This document shows positions 29,196-40,009 of a stretch of 64,000 nucleotides of DNA, one piece after another (within the stretch, counting starts at the first letter, position 1; every line of letters starts with the position of its first letter). The notes under the pieces are model-generated. The model was not told the DNA's origin and did not search any database. It saw only the letters and a list, made by a program, of their open reading frames with translations. The stretch comes from a virus (Duplodnaviria; Caudoviricetes), in IMG/VR virus record IMGVR_UViG_3300028048_000071, positions 68,933 through 132,932 of that record. One strand, written 5' to 3'. The position numbers and the translations under genes were made by a program.

Positions 29196-30342
29196 TTGGG
29201 AGGAGATTTTATCTTCTTCTCCTTATAATATAATTATAAAAAAAAAGGGTGATTTTGTATTATTAAAGTATAGTTCAATTGAACCTAAAAGCGATATGTC
29301 TAATCCTATTGTGCAAGAATGCAGAGGATTAATATTAAAAAAAGATTTTTTTGAATTAACAAGCAATCCTTCTATTCCACAATATAAAGTAGCATCTATG
29401 AGATTTACAAAATTTTTTAATTATGGTCAAGAGGAAGCTGCAATACTAGAATTTCCTTGTGAAGCGTCTGAAAAGATAGATGGAAGTCTAATTGGTGTTT
29501 GGTACGATAATCATACGGGATGGCATATTTCAACATCGGGTAATATAGATGCGGAAGATGCACCAATAGATACTGGAGAATATAAATCTTATAGGGATGT
29601 ATTTAATTTGGCGTGGGATGATATTTTTTTTGATATGCTAAGTAAAGACTGTACTTATATGTTTGAATTAGTAAGTCCTTTTACAAAATTAGTAGTTCCT
29701 TATAAAGAAACAAAGTTATATTTATTGGCGATAAGAAATAATATTACGCTAGAAGAATTTGATAGAAGTTATCTATCTATAATAGCAGAACAATTATTTG
29801 GAGATAAAATATCTGTGCCAAAATCATATATGTGCAACAATATCGAAGAAATTCAAAATGCAGTAAATCAATTAACTGATGACGATGAAAATTTTGAAGG
29901 ATTTGTTTTATGTGATAAAAATTTTAATAGAATTAAATTAAAATCAGCAATATATACAAATTTATTTTTTATTAGAGGAGAAGGCGTATTTAGTAATAAA
30001 AAGATTTTAAAATTAATTATGGATGAACAAGATGATGATGTTATTGCATATTTTCCTGAATATAAAGAACAATTTGACAGAATTAGAAGAGGTTTAAGTT
30101 TATTTATCACTCATTTAAAGAGTTTACTGTCAGATGGAGAAAAACTGTATAAACTAGACAAAAAAGAATTTGCCGACAATATTAAACTATATAAACATAA
30201 AGATATATTGTTCAAAGCTTATGGGTGTGATTATTGGAATTTAAAAGAGGAATTTCAAGCAGACTTTTTAAAAAACTATGTAGAAAATATAGCAATATCA
30301 AAATTATTGGATTATGTTGAGGAGCAATTAGAAGATGAGTAA
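29104..30342 (+). CDS. T4 Rnl1-like RNA ligase (start uncertain)
   Basis: ECRGLIL, KFFNYG, EKIDGS, FELVSP, EGFVL, RIKLKS. Confidence 0.85.
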   Translation: MKIKKRRRKKKVEREQRKELEVLKLINQNRNWEEILSSSPYNIIIKKKGDFVLLKYSSIEPKSDMSNPIVQECRGLILKKDFFELTSNPSIPQYKVASMRFTKFFNYGQEEAAILEFPCEASEKIDGSLIGVWYDNHTGWHISTSGNIDAEDAPIDTGEYKSYRDVFNLAWDDIFFDMLSKDCTYMFELVSPFTKLVVPYKETKLYLLAIRNNITLEEFDRSYLSIIAEQLFGDKISVPKSYMCNNIEEIQNAVNQLTDDDENFEGFVLCDKNFNRIKLKSAIYTNLFFIRGEGVFSNKKILKLIMDEQDDDVIAYFPEYKEQFDRIRRGLSLFITHLKSLLSDGEKLYKLDKKEFADNIKLYKHKDILFKAYGCDYWNLKEEFQADFLKNYVENIAISKLLDYVEEQLEDE

Positions 30343-30913
30343 GTTATATTTCCATTATGGTGCTATGAATAGTGGTAAAACGACAGCTTTATTACAAGTG
30401 GCACATAATTATGAAGAAAAAGAAATGAAAATTGTATTAATTAAACCAAAGACCGATACTAAAGGTTTGAATAAGGTTGTCAGTAGATTAGGAGTAGAGA
30501 GAGAAGTAGACATTCTTTTAGATAGTGATAAAACAATAATGGAATATATGAAACCAGAAAAACCAAATGCTATTATTGTTGATGAAGCTCAATTTTTAAC
30601 TCCTAAACAAGTTGATGAATTATATTTTATTACAAAAGAGTATGACATTCCAGTATTGTGTTATGGATTAAGATGCGATTTTCAAATGAAAGGATTCCCT
30701 GGCTCTACGAGATTACTTGAAATAGCAGATGACATTAAAGAATTAAAAACAATCTGTAAGTGTGGGCAAAAGGCAACTCAAAATTTAAGAACATTAAATG
30801 GTGTTGCTGTTTTTGAAGGAAATCAAGTTTTAATAGATGGAGAATCAGATATTAAATATGAAGGGGTTTGTGGTAAGTGTTATATAAAATATAAAAAGAG
30901 GAGATTATTATGA
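30335..30913 (+). CDS. tdk: Thymidine kinase
   Basis: GAMNSGKTT, VDEAQFL, YGLRCDF, C-terminal Zn cysteines. Confidence 0.95.
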   Translation: MSKLYFHYGAMNSGKTTALLQVAHNYEEKEMKIVLIKPKTDTKGLNKVVSRLGVEREVDILLDSDKTIMEYMKPEKPNAIIVDEAQFLTPKQVDELYFITKEYDIPVLCYGLRCDFQMKGFPGSTRLLEIADDIKELKTICKCGQKATQNLRTLNGVAVFEGNQVLIDGESDIKYEGVCGKCYIKYKKRRLL

Positions 30914-31737
30914 AGAAAAAGATATTTGCCGTGTCAGATATTCACGGGCATTATGACCAATTAATAGATGCTTTAAATGAAGCTGGTTATGATGAAAATG
31001 ATAAAAATAATTTATTGTTAGTATTGGGAGACCATTTTGATAGAGGTTCTCAATCTTTACAAGTGTATGATTATTTAAAAAGATTAACCGACGAAGGAAA
31101 AGCAATTACTATAATGGGGAATCACGACCTTATGCTTATTGATTATTTAGAAGGAACTGTATTAGACCCCTTTAACTATTTCAGAAATGGAGAAAGCGAA
31201 ACTTTTGCAGAATTTCTACACGAAACAAGACCTTTTGAGAGTTGGTGTTTAATAGAACAAAATATAGAACAGCCAACAGTCGGAGATTTTGTTAGATGGT
31301 TAGATATTGCAAAGAAACAAATAAACGAAGAATTTCCGGAATTATTGCCTTGGTTAAAAAGCCAACCTTATTATTATGAAACAGAAAATTATATTTTTAC
31401 TCACGGGGCAATAGATACTAAAGTTGAAGACTGGCATAATCCTCATTGTTTTAGATATGGATATAATGACTGGGATGCTTTAACTTGGGATGACGGAACT
31501 TTCTTTGGAAGTAATATAAAAAACACAGACAAAAGTGTTGTAATAGGTCATTTTGGAACAGACCATTTAAGAAATAAATATGGTTTAAAAAAAGATGATG
31601 TAGAAGATTTCTCTATTTTAAAAAGAAAAGATGGAAAGGTAATTGCAATAGATGCAACAACCGCTTATTCAAAAAAGGTTAATGTTTTGGTAATAGAAAG
31701 CGAGGAGATATTAGATGATGTGGAAGAAAGAAGATGA
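30910..31737 (+). CDS. Metallophosphoesterase (calcineurin-like)
   Basis: DIHG, GDHFDRG, GNHD, THG. Confidence 0.9.
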   Translation: MKKKIFAVSDIHGHYDQLIDALNEAGYDENDKNNLLLVLGDHFDRGSQSLQVYDYLKRLTDEGKAITIMGNHDLMLIDYLEGTVLDPFNYFRNGESETFAEFLHETRPFESWCLIEQNIEQPTVGDFVRWLDIAKKQINEEFPELLPWLKSQPYYYETENYIFTHGAIDTKVEDWHNPHCFRYGYNDWDALTWDDGTFFGSNIKNTDKSVVIGHFGTDHLRNKYGLKKDDVEDFSILKRKDGKVIAIDATTAYSKKVNVLVIESEEILDDVEERR

Positions 31738-31921
31738 AGAATGGTTAGAAAAATGTATTAATAACCCAGACAAATATCAGATTTTAGTTGATAATGATGA
31801 TGTATTTGTTGTAGATGTTCAAAATGAAGAGTGCGAATCCTTATATACATTTTCGGCATTTGGTTATGATATGTTATTTCACGTTCTTAAATTTTTAAAA
31901 TGTAATGTAGAATATGTTTAA
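31715..31921 (+). CDS. Hypothetical protein
   Basis: ORF with GAGGAG SD. Confidence 0.55.
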   Translation: MMWKKEDEEWLEKCINNPDKYQILVDNDDVFVVDVQNEECESLYTFSAFGYDMLFHVLKFLKCNVEYV

Positions 31922-31945
31922 AATTTAAAGAAAGGGGAATATAAA

Positions 31946-34900
31946 ATGGAAAAAGTTATTAAAAGAGACGGAAGAAAAGAATTATTTAATAAAGAAAAGA
32001 TAGTTAGGGCTGTAGAACTTTCTTTCGAGGATGTAGAAAAAGAAATATCTGAAAAGGCTCATCAGAAGGCTTTAGAAATAGCCAATTATATAAGTGCTTT
32101 TGAAGAAGATATGTCTGTTGAACAGATTCAAGACATCGTTGAAGAAAAATTAATGGCTAGTAATAGAAAAGATATAGCAAAAAATTTTATTACTTATAGA
32201 TATGAAAGAACAAAAGTTAGAGAAAGAAATTCTCAATTTATGAAAGATATTTCGGAAAAATTAGAAGCTTCTAATGTTCAAAATCAAAATGCAAATGTAG
32301 ATGAATATTCTTTTGGTGGAAGAATGGGAGAAGCAAAAAATTCCCTTATGAAAAAATTTGCTCTTGATTATATTTTATCTGATATGTCAAGAGAAAATCA
32401 TTTAAATAATGAAATATATATACACGATTTAGATAGTTATGCAGTAGGTATGCACAATTGTTTGACAATTCCTTTTGATAAATTATTAAAAGAAGGTTTT
32501 AATACCAGACAAACAGATGTTCGCCCTGCTCGTTCTATTAATACAGCATTTCAATTAGTTGCAGTATTATTCCAATTACAATCACTTCAACAATTTGGAG
32601 GAGTAAGTGCTAGTCATTTAGACTGGACTATGGTTCCTTATGTTAGAATATCATTCAGAAAACATTTTAATGAAGGAATGGAATTTATTGAAGAAAGTGA
32701 TTTAAGACAAGAATCAGATGAACTATCTATAGAAGATGAATTTTATAAACAATTCCCAAAGGTTTACAAATATGCAATGGCTAAAACAGAAAAAGAATTA
32801 ATGCAAGCCGTTCAAGGTATGTATCATAATTTAAATACTCTTCAAAGTCGTTCTGGCAATCAATTACCATTTACAAGTATAAATTATGGTACTTGTACTT
32901 TACCAGAGGGTAGAATGGTTATTAAAGCATTATTAGAGGGTTCTATTGAAGGTGTAGGAAAAGTAAGAAAAACTCCTATATTCCCTTGTGGTATATTTCA
33001 ATGTATGAATGGGGTTAATAGAAAACCTGGTGACCCTAATTATGATTTGTTTAAATTAGCATTAAAATCAACTTCAAAAAGATTATATCCTAATTATGTA
33101 AATGTAGACTGGTCAGTTAATGCAGGATATGATAAAAATGACCCTAAAACATATGTATCAACGATGGGTAAGTGTAAACTACAGCTCATCTAAAACCTTT
33201 TGAACCGTGCTTAACGGGTGTGGCGAAAGCTGCTAACGGTTAGGACTCTATGAGTTGAGACCGTGCTAAGATTCATCACAATATAGAAAGGAGTTTCTAT
33301 ATGTGGATTTATAAAATAACAAATATTCAAAATAATAAAGTTTATATTGGTCAAAGTATTAGACCGGTAAATCAAAGATTTCGAAGACATATAAATGATG
33401 CAATAAATAATAAATTAGATACTTATTTTGCTAGAGCAATTAGAAAATATGGAAAAGATAATTTCTATATTAAAATAATTGATAAAGCAGATAATCAAGA
33501 AGAACTAAATTTAAAAGAAATTTATTGGATTAAATATTATAAAGCAACAAATGAAAAATATGGTTATAATGAAACAGAAGCATTAAATAAATGTGGAGGG
33601 AATACATATAAACATAAAAATAATCAAGAAATGGAACAAATAAAAAAGAAAATTAGTAAAACAAAATTAGAAGGACTTAATCCTATGGCGAGAAAAATTA
33701 AAAGAATTAATATTATAGATAATTCAATAGAATATTTTGATAGCATTATAGGATGTGCCAGAGATTTAGGAATCAAAGGAGGTAAAACTTCTATTACTGA
33801 AAGACTAAATGGCACAATTAAGAGACCTTATAAAAATAAATATATATTTGAATATTGCGATGAATAAAGTGTATCGACTATCCCTGATGAATGTAAGGGA
33901 GTAGGGTTGGAGATAAGCACCAGCTCGAAGCGGAAGGCTATCGAAAGATAGAAGATATAGTCAGTGCTTATGGCGACATAAGATAAAATGTGTAGAACAT
34001 ACAATGGTTTAGACATTAATGCTGATGAAGGAACAAATGCTCAAACAAAAGACGGAAGAGGAAATATTTGTCCTGTTACAATTATAATGCCAACATTAGC
34101 AATGGAAGCAGATAAAGATGTAGATAAATTTATGGAATTATTGGATAAAAAAATAGGAGAAGCTAAAGATATGCTTATAGAAAGATATAATTATATTTGC
34201 TCTCAAAGTCCAGAGTCTGCTAAATTTATGTATGAAAATGGTTTAATGTTAGGTTATGATGGTAAAACAGTTGAAAGTGCAATGAAGCACGGCACATTAG
34301 CTTTAGGACAAATTGGTTTAGCTGAGACATTACAAATTTTAATAGGCAAAGACCATACAACTGATGAGGGTATGGAGTTGGCTAAAAGAATAGAACAATT
34401 ATTTAAAACTAGATGTGCAGAATTTAAAAAAGAATATAAATTAAATATAGGTGTTTATTATACTCCTGCTGAAAATTTATGCTATACTGCAATGAAAAAA
34501 TTCAAAGCCCAATATGGAGAAATAGAAAATGTTTCTGATAGAGAATATTTTACTAATTCAATTCACGTTCCTGTTTGGAAGAAAGTATCACCTTTTGAGA
34601 AAATAGATATTGAAAGTCAATTAACAGGATATAGTAATGCTGGATGTATCACTTATGTCGAATTAGATAGTGGAGTTCAAAATAATTTAGAAGCACTTGA
34701 AGAATTAGTTAATTATGCTATGGATAAAGATATACCTTACTTTGCTTTAAATGTTCCAAATGATACTTGTTTAGACTGTGGATATACAGATGAATTTAAT
34801 GATGAATGTCCAATGTGTCATAGTGAACATATACAACAATTAAGAAGAGTTACGGGCTATCTAACCGGAGATTATAAAACTGCTTTTAATTGGGGAAAGC

Positions 34901-34971
34901 AAAAAGAAACCGAAGATAGATATAAACATAGTAATAAAATGAAAAATTGGAAGCGAAATAATGAAATATAA
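31946..34971 (+). CDS. nrdD: Anaerobic ribonucleotide reductase, exons 31946-33169 and 33991-34971 (about 734 aa)
   Basis: ATP cone, IHDLD, junction restores STMG|CRT, TPAENL, RRVTGYL. Confidence 0.93.
33170..33990 (+). mobile_element. Group I intron in nrdD
   Basis: Exon ends in U (atgggt, can pair with gctcat as P1), intron ends in G, GTATCGACTA and AAGATATAGTC core elements, in-frame junction. Confidence 0.9.
33301..33867 (+). CDS. Intron-encoded GIY-YIG homing endonuclease
   Basis: WIYKITN...VYIGQS...RFRRH...E...GYN. Confidence 0.9.
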   Translation: MWIYKITNIQNNKVYIGQSIRPVNQRFRRHINDAINNKLDTYFARAIRKYGKDNFYIKIIDKADNQEELNLKEIYWIKYYKATNEKYGYNETEALNKCGGNTYKHKNNQEMEQIKKKISKTKLEGLNPMARKIKRINIIDNSIEYFDSIIGCARDLGIKGGKTSITERLNGTIKRPYKNKYIFEYCDE

Positions 34972-35458
34972 TTTAATAGATGAATGTGAGGCTGTTAATG
35001 GGAAAGGATTTGGGGTATCTTTATATACTCAAGGATGCCCCTATCATTGTCCTGGATGTTTTAATCCTGATACTTGGGATTTTGACAAAGGAAAAACTTG
35101 GACTCAAGAAACAGAAGATTACATAATAGAGTTATTAAAACCAAAATATATTAAAAGATTAACTATATTAGGTGGAGAGCCTCTCATAGAACGCAATATT
35201 AAGCCTCTCACAGCACTTTTAAGGAGAGTTAAAGCAATTTATCCAGAAAAGAGCATTTGGCTCTATACGGGCGGTAATTTTGAGTCTGAGAGCGTAAGAT
35301 GTAATAATTTAATTGAACAAGTAGATGTTTTAATAGATGGGCAATTCAAAATTGATTTAAGAGATATAACATTAAAATGGAAAGGTTCATCTAATCAACG
35401 AGTTATAGATGTTCAAAAAAGTTTAGAAAGCAAGGAGACTATATTATATTTACAATAA
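34961..35458 (+). CDS. nrdG: Anaerobic RNR activase
   Basis: GCPYHCPGCFN, LGGEP, GSSNQRVID. Confidence 0.95.
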   Translation: MKYNLIDECEAVNGKGFGVSLYTQGCPYHCPGCFNPDTWDFDKGKTWTQETEDYIIELLKPKYIKRLTILGGEPLIERNIKPLTALLRRVKAIYPEKSIWLYTGGNFESESVRCNNLIEQVDVLIDGQFKIDLRDITLKWKGSSNQRVIDVQKSLESKETILYLQ

Positions 35459-35470
35459 GGAGACTTGCAT

Positions 35471-35890
35471 ATGAAGACTGTTAAATCAGAGATGATTAGA
35501 GATTATAAACTTAAAAAATTAGGATTTGATTTTATGGGATATACATTTAATAATCCTGATGAATTGAGTTTTCATCATTTGATAGTTCCTAAGAAAGATT
35601 CTGAAGCAATGGGAATAGGAGACGGATATTTAAAGTGGAATGGAGCAATATTAAAACAATTAACTTCTCACGATTATCTGCATCTTATTCAGAGAATAGA
35701 TGAAGAAATATTCTTAAGAATAACTTATCAAATGATTGAACAAAATTATAATGGTCATTTAGATTTAGAAAATTTAAAAAAAATTAGAGATGCTTTATTA
35801 TATTTTGAAAAAGAACACCAATATGATAAAGATAAAAAAGGAAAAATATTGATAAAAAGAGAGTATATTCATAATAGAATAGATTTGTAA
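35471..35890 (+). CDS. Hypothetical protein (His-rich FHHL..H.YLH motif)
   Basis: ORF with SD. Confidence 0.6.
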   Translation: MKTVKSEMIRDYKLKKLGFDFMGYTFNNPDELSFHHLIVPKKDSEAMGIGDGYLKWNGAILKQLTSHDYLHLIQRIDEEIFLRITYQMIEQNYNGHLDLENLKKIRDALLYFEKEHQYDKDKKGKILIKREYIHNRIDL

Positions 35891-35910
35891 AAAAGGAGTA
35901 TAAATAATTA

Positions 35911-36171
35911 TTGAAAGAGGATGATTATATGTACCCTTGGGAAATTAAGAAATTTATAGAAGAAAGAAATTATTATATTGGAGGAGATGACTTACTTAAA
36001 GTTATCTCTCCAGTAGAAAATCCCCAATTAAAAGGAATAGAATATAAACCTTTTGAAAATAGATATTATATGTGGGATGGAGAAGGAAATAATTATAGTT
36101 TTACTCCAATGCCTTATGAAGAAGCAAAGGCAAAGGGTTTAGTAAAAAAAATTGGAAGAAAGGAGAGATAA
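35911..36171 (+). CDS. Hypothetical protein
   Basis: ORF with SD. Confidence 0.6.
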   Translation: MKEDDYMYPWEIKKFIEERNYYIGGDDLLKVISPVENPQLKGIEYKPFENRYYMWDGEGNNYSFTPMPYEEAKAKGLVKKIGRKER

Positions 36172-36173
36172 AT

Positions 36174-36461
36174 ATGAAAGTAATGATAAGTCAACCTATG
36201 ATGGGAAAATCAACTAAACAAATTAAAGAAGAAAGAGAAAATCTTATTCAAATGTTAGAATCTGAAGGTCATCAAGTTATAGATACAGTTTTAGATATAA
36301 GTGAAGGTTTAAGCCCAGTTTATTATTTGGGAGAATCTATAAAGAAAATGTCTGAAGCTGATGCAGTTGTTTTTATGCCAGGTTGGGAAAATGCAAGAGG
36401 TTGTAGAATAGAACACGAAATAGCATTGGAATATGGAAAATATATTAGAGAGGTGAAATAA
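36174..36461 (+). CDS. DUF4406 / nucleoside deoxyribosyltransferase-like protein
   Basis: ISQPM, ADAVVFMPGWENARGCRIE. Confidence 0.75.
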   Translation: MKVMISQPMMGKSTKQIKEERENLIQMLESEGHQVIDTVLDISEGLSPVYYLGESIKKMSEADAVVFMPGWENARGCRIEHEIALEYGKYIREVK

Positions 36462-36977
36462 ATGACTCAAGATATTTATATACCAGAAGAAAGATTAAGG
36501 GGTTTTGAACAAATTAGTCAAAAACAATGGGATGATGATTTTAATAATATCTTAGAAATGCACCAAGTAGATTATAAAAAACATCAATTACCTAAAAGAG
36601 GTTCTAAAACAAGTGCGGGATATGACTTTTTTAGTCCAATTAATGAAATTATTCCAGCACACGGAACCGCAAAAATACCAACTGGAGTAAAAGTATTTAT
36701 GCAACCAGACGAGGTATTAATGATATATCCTAGAAGTTCAATGGGATTTAAAACAAATATAAGACTTTCTAACACAACTGGAGTAATTGACAGTGATTAT
36801 TATAATAATCCAGACAATGAAGGACATATGTGGATTAAATTTTATAATCCAACAGATGAAGATTATACAATAACAATTGGAGATAAAATTGCACAAGGAA
36901 TATTCACTAAATTTCTTACTTGTGGAGATAATCCAGAAGAAGAAAGAAATGGTGGTTTAGGAAGTACAGGAAAATAA
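36462..36977 (+). CDS. dut: dUTPase
   Basis: SAGYDF, PRSSMG, GVIDSDY, AQGIF, RNGGLGSTG. Confidence 0.95.
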   Translation: MTQDIYIPEERLRGFEQISQKQWDDDFNNILEMHQVDYKKHQLPKRGSKTSAGYDFFSPINEIIPAHGTAKIPTGVKVFMQPDEVLMIYPRSSMGFKTNIRLSNTTGVIDSDYYNNPDNEGHMWIKFYNPTDEDYTITIGDKIAQGIFTKFLTCGDNPEEERNGGLGSTGK

Positions 36978-36988
36978 GGAGAGATAAT

Positions 36989-37357
36989 ATGAATATTAAA
37001 GAAGATTTATTAAATCAAGAAATAGAACATTGGAAAAATTTTTATAACAATTATGATACTTTAGCAGATAGTATGCTAGTTACAGCATTAGCTTTTTATA
37101 AAAAAGATGAAAGAGAAGAAAAATTTAAATCTGCAATAGAATTATTAGAAAGTTTAAAAGAACCTTTAAATGGTGCTCAAATGTTTGATTCGATTAAAGC
37201 TGATGTTGATTCTTATGAAAGAATTAATAATGAAGCTAAAATTGCAATAAGAACATTAACTTGGGTTAAAGAAATTGAAGATAAAGATATTGAAGGAGAA
37301 CCTGAAGAAAATATTTCCTCAAAAGATATTGACAAAGAAAAAGACAGTGATGTATAA
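36989..37357 (+). CDS. Hypothetical protein
   Basis: ORF with SD. Confidence 0.65.
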   Translation: MNIKEDLLNQEIEHWKNFYNNYDTLADSMLVTALAFYKKDEREEKFKSAIELLESLKEPLNGAQMFDSIKADVDSYERINNEAKIAIRTLTWVKEIEDKDIEGEPEENISSKDIDKEKDSDV

Positions 37358-37380
37358 TTTAAATACGAGGAGGAGATAGA

Positions 37381-37749
37381 GTGAGTGCTGAAAAGATAGT
37401 ATTAATTATTGAAGTTGTGCTGTTAAGTCTTATGACTGTAGTTGTTTTATATCATCTAATTGAAATTATAAGAAGAGATATACAAATTAGAAAAACATCA
37501 AAAATAATAGATGAAGCCGCAGATAAATTTATGAAAAAGATAGATGAAGCTGTAATAGAATGTATAACTAAAGATGATAAAACAAAAAAAGTAAATAAAG
37601 CGACAACACAAGAAAACAATAATTATAATGATATGAGTGTTATAGAATTAAAAAAAATAGCACAAAAGAAAAAGATTAAAGGTTACTACAATCTTCATAA
37701 AGAAGAATTAGTAAAAGCACTAAAAGAGGCTGAAACTTTACAAAAGTAA
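37381..37749 (+). CDS. Membrane-anchored protein with Rho-N/HeH-like C-terminus
   Basis: N-terminal TM segment; MSVIELKKIAQKKKIKGYYNLHKEELV. Confidence 0.65.
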   Translation: MSAEKIVLIIEVVLLSLMTVVVLYHLIEIIRRDIQIRKTSKIIDEAADKFMKKIDEAVIECITKDDKTKKVNKATTQENNNYNDMSVIELKKIAQKKKIKGYYNLHKEELVKALKEAETLQK

Positions 37750-37774
37750 AGGAGTAAGCCTCTTTTTTTTAGGC

Positions 37775-37803
37775 TTGACATTATATGGTGGATATGTTAC
37801 AAT
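37775..37803 (+). promoter_or_regulatory. SigmaA-type promoter
   Basis: TTGACA-N17-TACAAT with TG. Confidence 0.75.
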
Positions 37804-37821
37804 AACATTAAGAGAGGTGAT

Positions 37822-37992
37822 ATGATGAAAGAAAAACACATTTGTTGTATTTGTGGATGTGAATTTGAAGGATATGGAAATAATCCTTCTCCATTGGTTA
37901 ATGATGAAGAGGCAAGATGTTGTGATGAGTGCAATTGGAAAGTAATAGAAGCAAGAATAAATCAAATAAAAGATAATAAAGAGGAGAAATAA
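37822..37992 (+). CDS. Small Cys-rich protein (56 aa, not in the ORF track)
   Basis: GAGGTG SD; CCICG..FEGYGNNP.P....RCCDECN. Confidence 0.7.
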   Translation: MMKEKHICCICGCEFEGYGNNPSPLVNDEEARCCDECNWKVIEARINQIKDNKEEK

Positions 37993-37993
37993 G

Positions 37994-38200
37994 ATGAAAG
38001 ATTTTAGAAAGTTATTAGAAGATTTTTATGATGATAAGGCTGAACCAGGTATATTTACTACGACTAATGAAAACGGAGAAACTGTTATATTAGAAATAAC
38101 ACCAGGATTTTTAAAGACATCAACTTATCAAAATAATGATTGGATAAGAATTAATATTTATCATAAAGATAGGACAGTTGAAGAAACTTATGAAAAATAA
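37994..38200 (+). CDS. Hypothetical protein
   Basis: ORF with SD. Confidence 0.6.
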   Translation: MKDFRKLLEDFYDDKAEPGIFTTTNENGETVILEITPGFLKTSTYQNNDWIRINIYHKDRTVEETYEK

Positions 38201-38636
38201 AATCTGTGATATGTGTGGCAATGAAAACACTACTACTGGGAAGCATTGTAATAGTTGTTACGCATACTTAAGGAGACACCCAGAGGGAGCATATGACTTA
38301 CCAAAACCAGGTGAAATAAAATATGCTCCTAATGGAGACCCTATATGTCATATTTGTGGTCAAGCTCATAGAAAGTTAGGAAATCATATTAGATTTAAGC
38401 ATCAAATGTCTCAAATAGAATATAGAGAAAAATATAAATTATATAGAAATACAAGATTATCCAATTATGAATATCAAGAAAAAATGTCAAAATATAATAA
38501 TAAATATAGAAATATTGTGGTAGAACAAAACTTAATTAAAGGTGGAGAAAAGACCAGAATAACTTCTACAAGAAAGTTTGAAGTAAGAAGAAAATATGGA
38601 AAACCAATTCCTGAAATATTTATAAAAGAGTCTTAA
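38190..38636 (+). CDS. Zinc-finger protein (Ros/MucR-like)
   Basis: ICHICG....LGNHI...H.MS..EYREKY.L. Confidence 0.6.
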   Translation: MKNKICDMCGNENTTTGKHCNSCYAYLRRHPEGAYDLPKPGEIKYAPNGDPICHICGQAHRKLGNHIRFKHQMSQIEYREKYKLYRNTRLSNYEYQEKMSKYNNKYRNIVVEQNLIKGGEKTRITSTRKFEVRRKYGKPIPEIFIKES

Positions 38637-38757
38637 CTCTTTTTTTTAATACAAAAAAAAATTGACTATAAGCCACGACAATACTTATAGTCAGAAAACA
38701 AATAATTATGTTGTCACTCCTACGTTGCAACTAATTTATAGAAGCGACTTGATTACC

Positions 38758-38786
38758 ATAATACTACAAAATTTAAAATTTGTCAA
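38758..38786 (-). promoter_or_regulatory. SigmaA-type promoter with no downstream ORF
   Basis: TTGACA-N17-TATTAT on the minus strand. Confidence 0.55.
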
Positions 38787-38971
38787 CTTTTTTTTACAAA
38801 AATGCTATATTTTCGCCATAAAATATCATAAAATAGTATTTTCTGGTGAGAATCTGATAAAAAAAGAGAAGAGCGGTGCTCTTCAGATAGATTTTCTTTT
38901 TGTTTAAAAAAAGAAATTTTAAAAGATGCAATTGAAGAGACTAATACTGCTCATCTCTTAATTGCACCTTA

Positions 38972-39000
38972 ATTATAGCATATTTCAGTTTAGTTGTCAA
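38972..39000 (-). promoter_or_regulatory. SigmaA-type promoter with no downstream ORF
   Basis: TTGACA-N17-TATAAT with TG on the minus strand. Confidence 0.75.
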
Positions 39001-39272
39001 TAGTCTTTTCTATTTTTATCAAAATAATTTAATTCACAACTTAAATCATCTGGATTATAATTTCCAACAACTTCATCAAATACATTCACTATATCTCCAT
39101 TTTTTAAATAAGTTGGGCTTTGTTTCTTATTTAGTGCATTATTTGCTATATATACTAATTCATCTATTAATGATTTACATCCACTAAGGGAATTTTCATA
39201 ACCGTCATAATCATATCCTATATCTATAATGTTTTGAAGAGCATCTCTTAATACAACTATTTCTCTATTCAT
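38997..39272 (-). CDS. Hypothetical protein
   Basis: ORF in minus-strand operon. Confidence 0.6.
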   Translation of the reverse strand: MNREIVVLRDALQNIIDIGYDYDGYENSLSGCKSLIDELVYIANNALNKKQSPTYLKNGDIVNVFDEVVGNYNPDDLSCELNYFDKNRKDY

Positions 39273-39273
39273 C

Positions 39274-39507
39274 TTATTTATTACCTACTGTGAAATAAGA
39301 AATTAATTCATCATCTTTATTTAAAGTAAATTTTAAATCAGAATATTTATATTCATCATCACTATCATAGTAATCGTTTTTGTGCATCATAGCATCTTGT
39401 TTTAACAAACCAAAATATTTTACAGCCTTTTCTTCATTTTTTCTAAAATTTCTCATATAAATAACTTTTTCTTCAGTTTCTCTATCAATTACTTTTATTG
39501 TAAACAT
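39274..39507 (-). CDS. Hypothetical protein
   Basis: AGGAGG SD. Confidence 0.65.
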   Translation of the reverse strand: MFTIKVIDRETEEKVIYMRNFRKNEEKAVKYFGLLKQDAMMHKNDYYDSDDEYKYSDLKFTLNKDDELISYFTVGNK

Positions 39508-39643
39508 TTTTTCTCCTCCTTAATATTATTTTAAAGACTAGGTGCTAATGCCCCATCCTAGCATCTCATCGGAAGTTACTTTAAACAACCTACACTTAAG
39601 CATCTCTGCCGTGACAGTTGGGGTCTTTCTGCCCTACCTAGTT

Positions 39644-40009
39644 CTACCAGTCTAAATCATAAAAATAGTTTTTAAATAGCATTAAAGCTTTTCTTTGTCT
39701 TTTTCTTGCATTGTGAGATTCTTCTTCTTTTATCATTGAGGCAAATCCTCTTATCATTTCATCCAATATAGATTCCCATTTTTCTGAGGTTAATCTTGCT
39801 GGATATGCACATCTTTTTGTGTCTTTATATGTTCTTAAATAAGTATATATTATCATAGCTAATGCTCCATCCATAGCCCAAGTATGTGATGATGGTATTC
39901 CAGTATCTTCATCAGGAATATATCTAGGGTCATTATTTGCCCCTTTGCTAAAATAAAAATTTTTTTCATCTATACCTAATTCTCTTAAATATCTATTTAA
40001 CTTTATCAT
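39644..40009 (-). CDS. Hypothetical phage protein
   Basis: WESILDEMI...LFKNYFYDL motif. Confidence 0.65.
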   Translation of the reverse strand: MIKLNRYLRELGIDEKNFYFSKGANNDPRYIPDEDTGIPSSHTWAMDGALAMIIYTYLRTYKDTKRCAYPARLTSEKWESILDEMIRGFASMIKEEESHNARKRQRKALMLFKNYFYDLDW

